Below are positions 1 to 10,477 of a stretch of 64,000 nucleotides of DNA, piece by piece. The DNA comes from a virus. Taxonomy: Duplodnaviria; Caudoviricetes. Below the pieces are notes generated by a model that was not told the origin of the DNA, made no database searches, and worked only from the letters and a program-made list of their open reading frames with translations. Both the position numbers and the translations under genes were made by a program. Where the stretch lies: positions 30,410-94,409 of IMG/VR virus record IMGVR_UViG_2871745582_000001; one strand, 5' to 3'. Position 1 is the first letter of the stretch; every line of letters begins with the position of its first letter.

Positions 1-737
1 TTGAGCCGTTTGCTGGTGGCGGATCCGTATTCCTGAACGCGGGATTCAGCGAGGCGCTGGTTAACGACATCAACCCGGACCTGATCCTGACTTACCGCAT
101 GCTGAAGGAAGAGGGGCACAGCCTCATCACGCAGACGCATCGCATGTTTCAGGATTACAACACGCCGGAGGGGTTCGTCCATGTTCGCACCCGCTTCAAC
201 AAGCGTGAATACAGCGATTTTGAGCGCGCTGCAGCCTTCATCTACCTTAACCGCCACTGCTTCAACGGGCTGACGCGCTACAACCTGAAAGGCGAATTCA
301 ACGTTGGCTACGGGAAGTACAAAAAGCCTTATTTCCCGCTTGAGGAGATGGAGGGCTTTTTGTCACTTGCCGATCGCCTGACGTTCTCCTGCAGCAGCTT
401 TGCCGACGTCATAGCAACGGCCGGCGAGGGGGATGTGATTTTCTGCGATCCGCCTTATGAGCCCATGCCCGGCTCTGATGGCTTCACCTCTTACAGCGGT
501 GGCACATTCCGCTTCGAAAAGCAGGCCGAGCTGGCCGTAAGCCTCAAGGCCGCCTGTCAGCGTGGCGCCAGGGCTGTGATTACCAACAGCAGCGCGCCGG
601 CCATCATCGAACTATACCGCGGGGAAGGCTTTGAAATCCATCCGCTGTTCGCCCGCCGCTCCGTATCCTGCGCAGGCGACACCCGGGAAACGGCTGAAGA
701 CATCATCGCTTTGGTAAATTGCTCTAAAAAAGTTTGA
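1..737 (+). CDS. Dam-family DNA adenine methyltransferase, 5'-truncated by the window edge (P1 dmt-like)
   Basis: Frame is open from position 3 (EPFAGGGSVFLN, SAM-binding motif) into ORF 99..737, which has FIYLNRHCFNGL and the catalytic DPPY motif. Confidence 0.9.
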   Translation, partial: EPFAGGGSVFLNAGFSEALVNDINPDLILTYRMLKEEGHSLITQTHRMFQDYNTPEGFVHVRTRFNKREYSDFERAAAFIYLNRHCFNGLTRYNLKGEFNVGYGKYKKPYFPLEEMEGFLSLADRLTFSCSSFADVIATAGEGDVIFCDPPYEPMPGSDGFTSYSGGTFRFEKQAELAVSLKAACQRGARAVITNSSAPAIIELYRGEGFEIHPLFARRSVSCAGDTRETAEDIIALVNCSKKV

Positions 738-759
738 TTTTTATTGCTCTAATAAATTA
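718..759 (+). promoter_or_regulatory. Two tandem C1 repressor operator-like sites upstream of the tci-ban operon
   Basis: ATTGCTCTAAAAAAGTT (718-734) and ATTGCTCTAATAAATTA (743-759) match the P1 C1 operator consensus ATTGCTCTAATAAATTT. Confidence 0.8.
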
Positions 760-815
760 CATTTATTGCCACCTAATCGCCGCCATCAGGGCGGCTTAAT
801 CATGCAGGGGTTTCT

Positions 816-1238
816 ATGTTCGGTCTGGGTAAAAAAGCGCGTAAAGCAGTAGTTGAAGTGAAAAAAATGGAAAACCGCGACGCGGTGGAAGCGACCGTCT
901 GGGGGGCTTACGCCATTTCTTATTCTAATGGCACCTGTGACGCTAAAGAAATTAGCGTGCTGGAAAAAACCACCAGCGCGTTACCGGCGTTCTCACCCTT
1001 TGCCGGCGAGATTGCACAGATGAGCAGCAATATTCGTGCGCGCTACGAAGCGTCGCCGCGCTCTGCCAATGCGGAAGCCTTCCGCCAGCTGGCGGACGTG
1101 GCTGGCACCCCTGATGCAGTAGACGTACTGTGCCTGTGCCTGGACATTGCAGATCAGGACGGCATTGGTGAAGACGAGATGGCTACCCTGAAGAAAATTG
1201 CCCAGGCTCTGCAGCTGCCGCTGGACCAATACCTGTAA
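816..1238 (+). CDS. tciA: TerB-family protein (P1 TciA-like)
   Basis: TerB-like motifs (GTCDAKE; CLDIADQDGIGEDE..LKKIAQAL); lies upstream of ban as in P1. Confidence 0.8.
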   Translation: MFGLGKKARKAVVEVKKMENRDAVEATVWGAYAISYSNGTCDAKEISVLEKTTSALPAFSPFAGEIAQMSSNIRARYEASPRSANAEAFRQLADVAGTPDAVDVLCLCLDIADQDGIGEDEMATLKKIAQALQLPLDQYL

Positions 1239-1387
1239 TGGCGAAGATTCGCCTTATCGCCTGCCTGGCGCTACTGGCGCTGGTGGTGGCGGTCGATTTC
1301 ACCAGTCGGGTGATGTCCATTCTCTCTGACGGTTTGCTGGCAGCAATAATCGTATTCATTGCTCTGCCAGTCTTCAAAAAGCAGTAA
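1238..1387 (+). CDS. tciB: Small membrane protein (TciB-like), 49 aa
   Basis: Manual translation MAKIRLIACLALLALVVAVDFTSRVMSILSDGLLAAIIVFIALPVFKKQ; start overlaps the tciA stop (TAATG). Confidence 0.65.
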   Translation: MAKIRLIACLALLALVVAVDFTSRVMSILSDGLLAAIIVFIALPVFKKQ

Positions 1388-1432
1388 CCAAAGGGGCCGC
1401 CACAGCGGCCTTTTCCAAACGGAGTTTACACA

Positions 1433-1747
1433 GTGAGCGGCAAGAAATTTGACGGCGGCAAGCCGCGCATAAGCCTGGTGCCTTTAAAGCAGTTCTGGAT
1501 GGTTATTGACGTGCTGGAGTTTGGCGCACGCAAATATGCAGAAGACAACTGGAAGCGCGTGGCAGGCGCCCGCGTGCGCTACTTCGACGCCGCGATGCGC
1601 CATATTTCGAGCTGGTGGAATGGCGAGAAAACCGATCCGGAAACCGACCTGCCACACCTGGCGCACGCCATTTGCTGCCTGCTGTTCTTAATGTGGCTGG
1701 ATGATAACCCCACCAGCGAAGCTGAAGGCCCGGCAAATGCCGAATGA
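1433..1747 (+). CDS. dATP/dGTP diphosphohydrolase-like protein (DUF5664)
   Basis: Motifs GKKFDGGKP, FGARKYAEDNW, YFDAAMRH, DPETDLPHLAHA are typical of this family. Confidence 0.75.
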   Translation: MSGKKFDGGKPRISLVPLKQFWMVIDVLEFGARKYAEDNWKRVAGARVRYFDAAMRHISSWWNGEKTDPETDLPHLAHAICCLLFLMWLDDNPTSEAEGPANAE

Positions 1748-3104
1748 AGCTGCTGTAAAGATGCCTCCGCATTCTACTGAGGCGGAGCAATCCGTCCTCG
1801 GTGGACTCATGCTGGATAACGATCGCTGGGAGCAGGTTTCCGAGCGTGCCAGCGCAGGCGATTTTTTTTCCCGGCCGCACAGGCTGATTTTCGCCGAAAT
1901 GCAACGGCTGCTGGATGCAGGCCAGCCGATTGACCTGATCACGCTCTCTGAGTCGCTGGAGCGCCGCGGGGAGCTTGAGCAGGCTGGCGGCTTTGCCTAT
2001 CTGGCTGAGCTCGCCAAAAACACCCCCAGCGCTGCCAACATTAACGCTTACGCCGATATTGTGCGCGAGCGCGCCGTTGTGCGCGAGATGATCGCCGTTG
2101 CCAACCAGATAGCCGATGCCGGGTACAGCCCCCAGGGGCGCAGCAGTGCCGAACTGCTCGACTTTGCCGAATCGCGTGTTTTCCAGATTGCCGAGAGCCG
2201 CGCCAGAAAAAGCGCCGGTCCGATGGGTATAGACGCCATTCTGGATCGCACCGTTACCCGCATTGAGCAGATAGCCTGCCAGCCGCACGATGGCGTAACC
2301 GGCCTCGATACGGGCTATCACGACCTCAACAAAAAGACGGCCGGTCTGCAGCCATCAGATTTGATCATCGTGGCCGCGCGCCCGTCTATGGGTAAAACCA
2401 CATTCGCCATGAACCTGGTGGAAGCGGCGGCCATCAAAGCGGACAAGCCTGCGCTGGTATTCAGCCTTGAAATGCCTGCCGACCAGCTGATGATGCGTAT
2501 GCTTGCCTCTATGGGCAGGGTTGATCAGACCCGCATCCGCACCGGCCAGCTTGACGATGAAGACTGGTCACGGATCTCCGGCGTGATGGGTGTCTTTCTG
2601 GAAAAGAAAAATATCTATATCGACGACGCCAGCGGCCTGACGCCAACCGAACTGCGCAGCCGCGCGCGCCGCGTCTACCGTGAAAACGGCGGGCTTTCCA
2701 TGATTATGGTCGATTACCTGCAGCTGATGCGCGTGCCCGAAATGAAAGATAACCGCACGCAGGAAATCGCAGAGATCTCGCGCTCGTTAAAAGCGCTGGC
2801 CAAAGAGCTCAACGTGCCGGTAGTGGCGCTGTCGCAGCTGAACCGCTCGCTCGAAAATCGCTCCGACAAGCGCCCGGTTAATTCAGATTTGCGCGAATCC
2901 GGCTCTATTGAGCAGGACGCCGACCTCATCATGTTTATTTACCGCGATGAGGTTTATCACGAAAACAGCGACCAGAAAGGGATCGCGGAAATCATTATCG
3001 GCAAGCAGCGTAACGGGCCGATCGGCACCGTTCGCCTTGCATTTAACGGCCAGTGGTCGCGGTTTGATAATTACGCCGGACCACAATATGAGGAAGGGCA
3101 CTGA
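1737..3104 (+). CDS. ban: DnaB-like replicative helicase (Ban)
   Basis: PPHSTEAEQSVLG, Walker A AARPSMGKT, VDYLQLM, SDLRESGSIEQDAD, KQRNGP. Confidence 0.95.
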   Translation: MPNEAAVKMPPHSTEAEQSVLGGLMLDNDRWEQVSERASAGDFFSRPHRLIFAEMQRLLDAGQPIDLITLSESLERRGELEQAGGFAYLAELAKNTPSAANINAYADIVRERAVVREMIAVANQIADAGYSPQGRSSAELLDFAESRVFQIAESRARKSAGPMGIDAILDRTVTRIEQIACQPHDGVTGLDTGYHDLNKKTAGLQPSDLIIVAARPSMGKTTFAMNLVEAAAIKADKPALVFSLEMPADQLMMRMLASMGRVDQTRIRTGQLDDEDWSRISGVMGVFLEKKNIYIDDASGLTPTELRSRARRVYRENGGLSMIMVDYLQLMRVPEMKDNRTQEIAEISRSLKALAKELNVPVVALSQLNRSLENRSDKRPVNSDLRESGSIEQDADLIMFIYRDEVYHENSDQKGIAEIIIGKQRNGPIGTVRLAFNGQWSRFDNYAGPQYEEGH

Positions 3105-3433
3105 TGAAAAATAAACTGATAAAACGCAACAAAAAATATCTGACCAAACTTCTTACTCTTGCAAACCGGAATGACATGTATCTCAACGATGCTGCCTTAA
3201 TCGGGCGCGGCGCGTCGGAAGCCAAGATGCTTGGTCGGCATATGGCCCGCTTTGAAACAAAAGCCGATTTTTCGAAATGCGAGCCTTTTCTGGGTGGGGG
3301 TAAATTTTTCATGGCACCTGTTATCAGCTCTCGCGGTAAAGAATGCGGCTACCAAATGTTTAGCCGTGATGAAATTAAAAGGATTGCCGAAGGAAGCAAT
3401 GAAGAAATCAGAGCCATTCTGGAAGGCCTTTAA
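3104..3433 (+). CDS. Hypothetical protein
   Basis: 109-aa ORF coupled to the ban stop (TGATG). Confidence 0.6.
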   Translation: MKNKLIKRNKKYLTKLLTLANRNDMYLNDAALIGRGASEAKMLGRHMARFETKADFSKCEPFLGGGKFFMAPVISSRGKECGYQMFSRDEIKRIAEGSNEEIRAILEGL

Positions 3434-3722
3434 TTAATTTCCGATCCAGTACACCTGTTCGCAAATATAGCAAAACGGTTCGCTTTCAGGCTGGTGGTTG
3501 AGCTTGTTAACAAAGAGTGGCGAGCTCACCAACAAAATTTCAGGGCAATAGAGATGACACAGGTAATTCATGGTTTGACCCGCGAGCAGTTAGTGGCTCA
3601 GGTGTTCAACAAATCATTGGTATGCGGCGCGGTGACAACGATTTTAGTCAAATCTGCTGAGAAGGCCGAGCGTCACTCCCGATCAGAGAAATCTGGCATG
3701 AACAAAAAGCGGGAGGTGAAAT

Positions 3723-4139
3723 GTGGTTTATAACGACATGACAGATTTTGAGATCAATAAAGCCGTGGCTGAAATTATGTATGGCCCAGTGGAAGAGCGC
3801 GACATCAATGCGTGCTCAGTTCCAGATGTATACCATGATGGTGGTGAGGTTTACTTAGTAAATCCTGACCGGTTGAGCGGAGCGTGGCGGCAATTTAACC
3901 CTTGCAATGCCTGGAGTCAGGCAGGGCCAATTATAGAGAAAAATAAAATCAATATTGAATGGGGCGATAATAAGTCAGCTGCTCTTATTGACGTGTCTGG
4001 CGCAACCAAAAGGATTGAGATCGGTGGCAAATCTTATCGCATCGTACATGAACATAAGAACTCGTTGCGGGCCGCGATGGTTGTATTTCTGATAATGCAA
4101 GAAGCTAAAGCCTGGGAGGGTGCGCCCGGTGAACCATAA
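3723..4139 (+). CDS. NinX/DUF2591-like phage protein
   Basis: MTDFEINKAVA, FNPCNAWSQAGPII and LRAAMVVFL motifs; GGAGG RBS. Confidence 0.7.
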   Translation: MVYNDMTDFEINKAVAEIMYGPVEERDINACSVPDVYHDGGEVYLVNPDRLSGAWRQFNPCNAWSQAGPIIEKNKINIEWGDNKSAALIDVSGATKRIEIGGKSYRIVHEHKNSLRAAMVVFLIMQEAKAWEGAPGEP

Positions 4140-4485
4140 TACTATGCCAGCACTAACTGAAGAGTGTCACGCAGAACTGGCCGTTGCACTGAGAGCGTTC
4201 ATAGCTAACCCGCTAGATTACCCATTATCCCGCAGCCAGATTATGGAAGTTGCTCGACTTGCACTCCCTATACTGGAGCAGCAGGAGAAGGGTGGCTGGA
4301 TTGAGTGGAAGGGTGGTGACTGTCCAGTAGGGAATTATGCTGAAGTTGAGTACCGGACGCGGCTTGGCAACAAATGGAAGAATCAGGCTGGCTGGTTGCG
4401 ATGGGTTCACGAGGGGCTGGGTGGTGACATCATCGCCTATCGAGTGGTTGAGCAGCAGGAACGCGAGCGAGGAGAGGATGAATGA
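4120..4485 (+). CDS. Hypothetical phage protein
   Basis: GWIEWKGGDCPV...DIIAYRV motif seen in phage early proteins; overlaps both neighbours. Confidence 0.6.
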   Translation: MRPVNHNTMPALTEECHAELAVALRAFIANPLDYPLSRSQIMEVARLALPILEQQEKGGWIEWKGGDCPVGNYAEVEYRTRLGNKWKNQAGWLRWVHEGLGGDIIAYRVVEQQERERGEDE

Positions 4486-4706
4486 GGTTCAAGGTTGGTG
4501 ATAATAAATGGGCTTCTTATTTTCCTCAAGAAAGGCCGCTGAAAGGCAGAAAGCTAAAAGTATGGGCAGAGCATGGCGGATTTCTTGGCGAAGGGCTGGC
4601 AACTGAACGTCGTGAAACTGGAGGTGGAATATTCGCTGCAGGCAAGAATTTTGATTCCAATTACATTCTGCACTGGATTTATGATGACCAACCGGAGGAA
4701 GCATGA
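4482..4706 (+). CDS. Hypothetical protein
   Basis: ATGA overlap with the previous gene; GAGG RBS. Confidence 0.55.
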   Translation: MRFKVGDNKWASYFPQERPLKGRKLKVWAEHGGFLGEGLATERRETGGGIFAAGKNFDSNYILHWIYDDQPEEA

Positions 4707-4861
4707 GCGACAAAGATGAGCTGGAGCGGCATAAATTCGAAAAGTGGATTAAGTCGAAGGGGCATCGAACAGACAGAGATTGCAAAGGTGAGTATGTCTT
4801 CTCCTACGCAGCATCAACATGGGCAGGATGGCTGGCCCGCAGCAAGCAGGATAAAGCATGA
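4703..4861 (+). CDS. Hypothetical protein, 52 aa
   Basis: Manual translation MSDKDELERHKFEKW...WAGWLARSKQDKA; ATGA overlap and GGAGG RBS. Confidence 0.55.
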   Translation: MSDKDELERHKFEKWIKSKGHRTDRDCKGEYVFSYAASTWAGWLARSKQDKA

Positions 4862-5011
4862 ACGAATACCCATATTCAGCTTTTACGATCGGTGATGCCA
4901 TCGCTTATATGGAAGTCTATGGGGCGCCAACGAGTTGCGATGCGGACTCGCAATATGCGATCCCTATGGGGACGGAAGCAATCTAATCGGCGACAGCGAT
5001 TCAAAGCCGGG

Positions 5012-5383
5012 CTACCCGTTGCAGGGTAGCGCATTCAGAATATGCGTCACTACACCAAAGCAAATCGTGCCGTCGCCATCAAAGCAGCTGTCTTCAGAAA
5101 TTACCCCTCTGGATGGATTATCCAGCAATTCCAGCCTGATCACGCCCTGCGCCTGCACATACCGGCGAACATGAAACTCCCCGTTTAAATCGACCACCAC
5201 AAGCGAGCCATTGACGGGCTTTTTTGCGCTATCCACCACCAGCAGCGCCCCTTTTTTAATACCTTCCCGAATCGAATCGGTTGAATATTTCATGAGGTAA
5301 ACGGAGGGCATCCGTAGCCCACAAAGCCCATCGAGGGAAAGCTGACCTTCAGCATAATCCTGTGCAGGAGAAGGGAATCCCAT
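5012..5383 (-). CDS. humD: UmuD/HumD-like S24-family protein
   Basis: MGFPSPAQDYAE start typical of UmuD'-like proteins; upstream LexA box. Confidence 0.8.
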   Translation of the reverse strand: MGFPSPAQDYAEGQLSLDGLCGLRMPSVYLMKYSTDSIREGIKKGALLVVDSAKKPVNGSLVVVDLNGEFHVRRYVQAQGVIRLELLDNPSRGVISEDSCFDGDGTICFGVVTHILNALPCNG

Positions 5384-5396
5384 AGTGCCACCTTTA

Positions 5397-5412
5397 CTGT
5401 TTTTTCATACAG
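5397..5412. promoter_or_regulatory. LexA (SOS) box upstream of humD
   Basis: CTG-TTTTTTCATA-CAG fits CTG-N10-CAG. Confidence 0.75.
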
Positions 5413-5483
5413 TGTACATAAAGACAGTAAAGTTTATAAATTTTATAGGGTGAAATAAAAAAGCCCGCGCGCGGCGGGACGTG

Positions 5484-6092
5484 TTAAAGCTTATTGATAG
5501 CAACCTTCGTAGCCGCCAGCGTCATGGTTCCGGCGGCAGTGAGATCCATATCGCCGCCGGACTTCACCACCATATTCCCTGCTGAGTAGATAAACATTTC
5601 CCCTTGGCTTATCAGGTAGGGCACGCCGCTGTCATTGATACCCAGCGTGGCACCTGTGTTTTTGCTGGTAACAGACCAGCCGCCATTAGCGTTTCGCACT
5701 TCCATAAAGCCGAACCGGTCATACACGTAATCCTTTTTCGCGGACGTGGTGGCAGCAGCAGGCGCGCCGTCAACGTCTGGCGCAGTGTAGCCCGTTCCCT
5801 TACCGGAAGCCTCAGCGGCCACGTTCGGCGATCCGCTGGTGGCATCCTGTGCAAATCCCACAATGAGCGGGCGGCGGGAATCTCCGCCATAGGGAAACTC
5901 GACCCAGACCAGGTTGCCCGCAACGAACGGGCTGAAAGCGTTTGCGGAAGGCAGAATACATTCTGCCCACGGCAGGCTGGCTGTAGGTACGCCGTCCATC
6001 AGCGCGTTTACACGGACTTGCGTGCGCATCAGCCCCTGCGGATCGTCAACGCTTATCACGGTGGCGCGATGCTTACCCTGTAAGTTAGCCAC
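5484..6092 (-). CDS. Baseplate spike / GpV-like protein (P1 gp5-like)
   Basis: OB-fold-like [26 protein letters not shown]; beta-helix-like C-terminus. Confidence 0.8.
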   Translation of the reverse strand: MANLQGKHRATVISVDDPQGLMRTQVRVNALMDGVPTASLPWAECILPSANAFSPFVAGNLVWVEFPYGGDSRRPLIVGFAQDATSGSPNVAAEASGKGTGYTAPDVDGAPAAATTSAKKDYVYDRFGFMEVRNANGGWSVTSKNTGATLGINDSGVPYLISQGEMFIYSAGNMVVKSGGDMDLTAAGTMTLAATKVAINKL

Positions 6093-7104
6093 TGGTCACC
6101 TCCCCGAGCAGCGCACGGGACGAATAGCGGAACCGATCTTCCTGGTGCGCCACCTGCATAACAACCATTTTTGCGGGGAGGGTTTCATCCTGCGATTTAT
6201 CATCGCCCTCGTTATGCACCAGGACTTTAACCACGGTGCCGGGCGTCAGGGCGCAGTTACCTTCCACCAGCATATCGAATCGCGGCATGAGGAATTTGTT
6301 GTAGTTGGCCAGCGCGGTTTCATCGGCATAGCTGAGGAACTTCACCGGGTAGTCAGTGCTGCCGGAATAGATAATGCCTTTGGACTGATCGTAAGCGGCC
6401 AGGCGGTAATTGTGCTGGCGCTGAAACTGATAGTCAGCGTGCAGGACATTAAACCGGCTGATGGTCAGGCCTGACGACTTGGGATTAGACGCCTCGTAAG
6501 TCAGCGTAGCGCTGGCGCTGGCCAGCTTATCCATACTGCGAAAATTGATGTTGCCGCGCGAGGACCAGCACATTGACCCCGTATTGCGGCCCAGCTCCTG
6601 AAGCAGTTGTGTTGCTTTCTCGCCGACGTTCAGGTGATAGGTGCCCGTTTTCTTGAAAGAGTCCGCATTGACCGTCAGGGACGGTGCCAGCGCCGCGAGA
6701 ATGGCCGAGGGCTGCTTATCAACAAAGTATTGCGCGCTGGTGGTCGGCGTTTTCAGCAGGCGAACCGGATTACTGAACGCCAGTATTGTGACCTTATCGC
6801 CGCTGCGGGGCGCTTTCAGCACGAAAAAGGTTTCAGTAAACAGCAGACCGCCGTTACCGTCCGGATCGCCCAGTGACACGGTAAGCAGCGTGCCATAGGA
6901 CACGCCCAGCTTGTCGGTAATGTAGTTTGAGCGGTCAAGAGCCACCAGCCTCAGCTGCGGGCCTGTCATGGTGCCATGCTCAATGTAGGTGCACCCGACA
7001 AACATATGCCGGGGAATCTCTGTCGTGCCTACCTTTACCGTTTGCAGAAGCAGCTGCGTGCGGGAATTGCTGGTGGAGGAAGATGACGTTACCGAGGTGG
7101 CCAT
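6085..7104 (-). CDS. Baseplate hub/tail protein (P1 gp6-like)
   Basis: 339 aa; synteny with P1 genes 5-6-24-7-25-26. Confidence 0.7.
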   Translation of the reverse strand: MATSVTSSSSTSNSRTQLLLQTVKVGTTEIPRHMFVGCTYIEHGTMTGPQLRLVALDRSNYITDKLGVSYGTLLTVSLGDPDGNGGLLFTETFFVLKAPRSGDKVTILAFSNPVRLLKTPTTSAQYFVDKQPSAILAALAPSLTVNADSFKKTGTYHLNVGEKATQLLQELGRNTGSMCWSSRGNINFRSMDKLASASATLTYEASNPKSSGLTISRFNVLHADYQFQRQHNYRLAAYDQSKGIIYSGSTDYPVKFLSYADETALANYNKFLMPRFDMLVEGNCALTPGTVVKVLVHNEGDDKSQDETLPAKMVVMQVAHQEDRFRYSSRALLGEVTSG

Positions 7105-7105
7105 A

Positions 7106-7921
7106 TTATCTTACTCCCCGCCAGCCACAATCGCTGGCCACAGACGAGCCGACCTCAATGCGGCCGGTCACCTCTTTGACATAGGAGGCGATCGGCATAT
7201 CCGCGATGACGGTTAAGTCCAGGCCGGCGGCGAAAATACGGTTTTCCTGCGTGCCGGCCGTCAGATCGGAAAAAGCGATCGACTTTTGCGCTTCCAGCAC
7301 ACAGTGAATGCCGATCTCCGTCTTGCCAAGGCGGGTTTCAGTCATAAAGGATGCTTTCCCATGGCTGGCATACAGGCGCAGCCAGAAGGCCAGCGCCATG
7401 CACACCATACCGAGCGACTGCTTTTCTTCACTCACTACCCACAGGCTGTAGCTGAGCGATACAGGCATGGTAGAGACCACGGCAATAGCTTTGCTGTCCT
7501 CGATGAGCTCGCCGGCGTCGTAATCGTCTTTGCTGATATCACCGTCATACACGGCAAAGGCGGGAGATCGTGAAAGATTCACTATAGGGAGCGCCAGCTT
7601 GTTCACCGCCTGCTTTCTGGCCGCCTGAGTATCTTTCCGGCCCGCCCGGGAATCCTCAAAAGAGGCGAGAAAGGCGTTAACGTCAGGGAAAGATCCGAGG
7701 GTTATCCGGTCGCGCGCCGTGCGCGTCAAAAACTCGCTGAACGATTTGTTATAGCGGGAAGGCTCGCTGACGATCAGCGGATCGAAAGCCTGATTAAGGG
7801 CTTTGGCAAAGGCGCTGTCTATGTCATCCAGCGGCGTAAATTCCTGTACGCCAGACGGGATAAGCGATCGCTTCCGGAAGGATGCGAGAAGCCACTCATG
7901 CTGATTATTCAGACTCGCCAT
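7106..7921 (-). CDS. Tail/baseplate protein (P1 gp24-like)
   Basis: Likely start [12 protein letters not shown]; synteny. Confidence 0.65.
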   Translation of the reverse strand: MASLNNQHEWLLASFRKRSLIPSGVQEFTPLDDIDSAFAKALNQAFDPLIVSEPSRYNKSFSEFLTRTARDRITLGSFPDVNAFLASFEDSRAGRKDTQAARKQAVNKLALPIVNLSRSPAFAVYDGDISKDDYDAGELIEDSKAIAVVSTMPVSLSYSLWVVSEEKQSLGMVCMALAFWLRLYASHGKASFMTETRLGKTEIGIHCVLEAQKSIAFSDLTAGTQENRIFAAGLDLTVIADMPIASYVKEVTGRIEVGSSVASDCGWRGVR

Positions 7922-8708
7922 CAAAAATCCCTTCGAATGAGCGACACGGCACGCAGTAGAACAGGCTGCCCACTTTGGCGGTGCCATAGTTAAAAATGCG
8001 GTGGATATACCAGAAGCGGCGCGCATGGGTGCCGTCCGACAGCTCCTCAAGCCATTCCAGAATAGAGCCGACTGGAATGTTCTGGGCCGCCAGGCGGAGG
8101 ATCAGCGCGGCGTCACTGTATCCAGAGTTATCGGAGCTGTCGTACAGCGACCGAAAGGAGTCCATTTCGTCCGGGCAATCCAGCGCCGTGATGAGCTCTG
8201 CAGGCGCGTAGTCATAAACCTGCTGGTTGGGCTCAATAACTTCAGACTCGCCCACCTGATGCCCCGTATCGCCCTCATCGCGCTTATGAGGTGACGCCCG
8301 GTACAGAACCGCGTCAAAAGCATCAGGGCTTAGCTTGATTGCTTTGAGCCAGTCCAGCCGCACAAGGTTATTAAAAGCTGCATGACCTTCATAACGAGCG
8401 CGCAGATGAGTGTCACCAGGCAGGCTCCTATCCAGACTGGGGAGGTTACCGTTCGCCACAGGATCACAAGGATTACCAATGTGCAGACCATCGCTTTCGA
8501 CTTCAGCATCGCTATCTTCCTCTTGCGTATCGTCCACCAGCAGATCGGGGTTATTTTCCCCGTCGTCTTCATGAGACGAATCGGGCTCTGTTACCTCTTC
8601 TTCGCTGGTGGAATCATATTCCGTATCGTTAAAAGCCGGACGGATTGTATCCTCTGTGCTTTGTTCGCTGGCGTCGTCGTCGAACATGTCACTGTAAAAA
8701 TTGCTCAT
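7905..8708 (-). CDS. Tail stability protein (P1 gp7-like)
   Basis: Acidic N-terminus, [11 protein letters not shown]-terminus; synteny. Confidence 0.65.
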   Translation of the reverse strand: MSNFYSDMFDDDASEQSTEDTIRPAFNDTEYDSTSEEEVTEPDSSHEDDGENNPDLLVDDTQEEDSDAEVESDGLHIGNPCDPVANGNLPSLDRSLPGDTHLRARYEGHAAFNNLVRLDWLKAIKLSPDAFDAVLYRASPHKRDEGDTGHQVGESEVIEPNQQVYDYAPAELITALDCPDEMDSFRSLYDSSDNSGYSDAALILRLAAQNIPVGSILEWLEELSDGTHARRFWYIHRIFNYGTAKVGSLFYCVPCRSFEGIFDGESE

Positions 8709-8717
8709 GCGGTTTCC

Positions 8718-9926
8718 TTACCGTTTCATGGCTTCGTTGATCTGGGTCTGAAGGATGGTTTTAGCCTGTACGGTGGCAGCCTCTTTGCTTAGCCCCGTAG
8801 ACATAAAATATTTGATCAGGTTGTTGGCCTGATCCTGCAGGGCTTTCTTCAGTGCGGCGGCTTCTGCTTTTGCCTGTTGGGCTTTCGCCTCGGCTGCCTT
8901 GCGGGCGGTCGCGTTTTTGGAAACGCTGGTGCGCGCTTTTTTAAGCAGCCGGCGCACGTTGTCCGTCGTGACGTCCGCCGACTTCAGTTTTTTGCCAAGC
9001 GAGGCTTGCGCCTGCTGGTATTTATCAAATTCCTGCTTTGCTTTGGCCTGATTGGTGGTGGTGGTGCGGTTGCGCGCCAGGGCTTTCGCCACTTCGCCTT
9101 TAAAGAAGGTTTGCGTCTTGCGCTTGTCGTCGCCGAATGCCGTCTGATCGGCGGCTTTCTCCAGCGCGGTTATAAGCGGCCGGTGCCAGGTGGCTGACTG
9201 AAACTTGGTAAGAGCGTGCAGAACGTGTTTACAGGCAACGCCCGTCAGTTCCGGGTTGCGCTCTTTGGGGTAGGCGTACTCTTTCGGCGGCGCCACGGCG
9301 TAATTGCCTGCGGTGGCCATGTAGCGGTACCAGTATTGGTGTCGGCCGCAGTCGCAATCAAACGAGACGCGCCCCTTGCACAGCGCCGCCGCAATGCGGG
9401 GCTTTTTAGCGCCGTCCTCGCCGATATCGTCAACCGCCTGATCCCACTCTTCGAAACGTATTTTTACCCGGTGATGCTGGTGCACTGACGCATCTGAGGC
9501 GCGCACGGAGATAATGGCCAGATTATGCTTCATGCCCAGGAACGTGGCTGATTTTATGCCTGTGCCGTCGTCAACCTTGTTACTGGCGCGCTTGATATCA
9601 ATGCTGGTGGATTGCGCCACAACCTGCGCATAGGTGATCCCGGCAACATTGTTGCGGAAGTTGGTTTTATGCGCCTGCCGGGAGGCATCAAACTGCCGGA
9701 TATCGTCTGGCGTGAAATAAGTGCCGTCCTTTTTCCGCCCCAGGCTGAGGAATGCGTCCAGTTCCCGGTTGCGCTTGCCCATTAGCCGCGGCGTCAGCGT
9801 GCGCTTGGCTCCTCGCCGCTTCTGGCGCTGCTGCTTCTGGATCAGGTCGAATACCTTATGAAACTGCTTAGCATCAAGCCCGTCGGTCTGATATCGCCCC
9901 TGATCGTCCTTTTCAAAGTCGGCCAT
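8718..9926 (-). CDS. Tail protein with SWIM-like Zn finger (P1 gp25-like)
   Basis: FDCDCGRHQYWYRY...ACKHV motif; synteny. Confidence 0.7.
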   Translation of the reverse strand: MADFEKDDQGRYQTDGLDAKQFHKVFDLIQKQQRQKRRGAKRTLTPRLMGKRNRELDAFLSLGRKKDGTYFTPDDIRQFDASRQAHKTNFRNNVAGITYAQVVAQSTSIDIKRASNKVDDGTGIKSATFLGMKHNLAIISVRASDASVHQHHRVKIRFEEWDQAVDDIGEDGAKKPRIAAALCKGRVSFDCDCGRHQYWYRYMATAGNYAVAPPKEYAYPKERNPELTGVACKHVLHALTKFQSATWHRPLITALEKAADQTAFGDDKRKTQTFFKGEVAKALARNRTTTTNQAKAKQEFDKYQQAQASLGKKLKSADVTTDNVRRLLKKARTSVSKNATARKAAEAKAQQAKAEAAALKKALQDQANNLIKYFMSTGLSKEAATVQAKTILQTQINEAMKR

Positions 9927-9935
9927 GCTTTTTCC

Positions 9936-10313
9936 TTACGATACCGACAGCGTGCCCATGATCTGCCCGTCGTTTTCAAAATGGCGGATCATTTCACGTA
10001 TCCATACGGCGGGAGGCAGATACAGCTTCTGGCCGATGGTCATCTCGTCAGATTCATCCTCCAGCCCGGCAGCAAGCGTTACGACCCAGCGGAGCTCATG
10101 AACGCCCCACAGGCGATACGCCAGAAGGTCAGGGCGGTAGGCTTCATCAGGTCGCACGTATCGCACATAGAGATTCTGGTCACTGGATTCGCATTTTTTC
10201 ATTACTTCCTGGCGAAGCAGGGCGCGAAGAACCGGATCGGAGATGTTGCGATCGTCATAACGTGACAGAGTCACTTCACTGGTGCTGTCGGTGCTGGTGG
10301 TAGATGTGGCCAT
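9936..10313 (-). CDS. Baseplate wedge protein (P1 gp26-like)
   Basis: YRPDLLAYRLWG..LRWVV LysM-like tail X motif. Confidence 0.75.
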   Translation of the reverse strand: MATSTTSTDSTSEVTLSRYDDRNISDPVLRALLRQEVMKKCESSDQNLYVRYVRPDEAYRPDLLAYRLWGVHELRWVVTLAAGLEDESDEMTIGQKLYLPPAVWIREMIRHFENDGQIMGTLSVS

Positions 10314-10338
10314 ACGTCCCCCGTAAAAAGTCAGGTGG

Positions 10339-10357
10339 AGTGTAGGGCAGGTTAATT
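10339..10357 (-). promoter_or_regulatory. Putative Lpa-dependent late promoter
   Basis: AATTAACCT-N4-TACACT on the minus strand before gp26; same layout as at other late operons. Confidence 0.5.
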
Positions 10358-10419
10358 GTCACATTACCGGTGACGCCTTTACCGGAAGGTGAAAATTACC
10401 CGCCCGGTAAACAAATAAG

Positions 10420-10448
10420 TTGACCAAGTAAGCATTAGTGTTTACTAT
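10420..10448 (+). promoter_or_regulatory. sigma70 promoter of hicAB with an overlapping imperfect palindrome
   Basis: TTGACC-17 bp-TACTAT; AGTAAGCATT/AGTGTTTACT imperfect inverted repeat across the spacer. Confidence 0.55.
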
Positions 10449-10477
10449 TCTTCCATGTTCAACAGACAGGAGGAGTA

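Noticed and set aside
1503-2321. 272-aa antisense ORF (and similar ones such as 26853-27713 and 52104-52781)
   Set aside because: Shadow frames of ban, pacA and prt.
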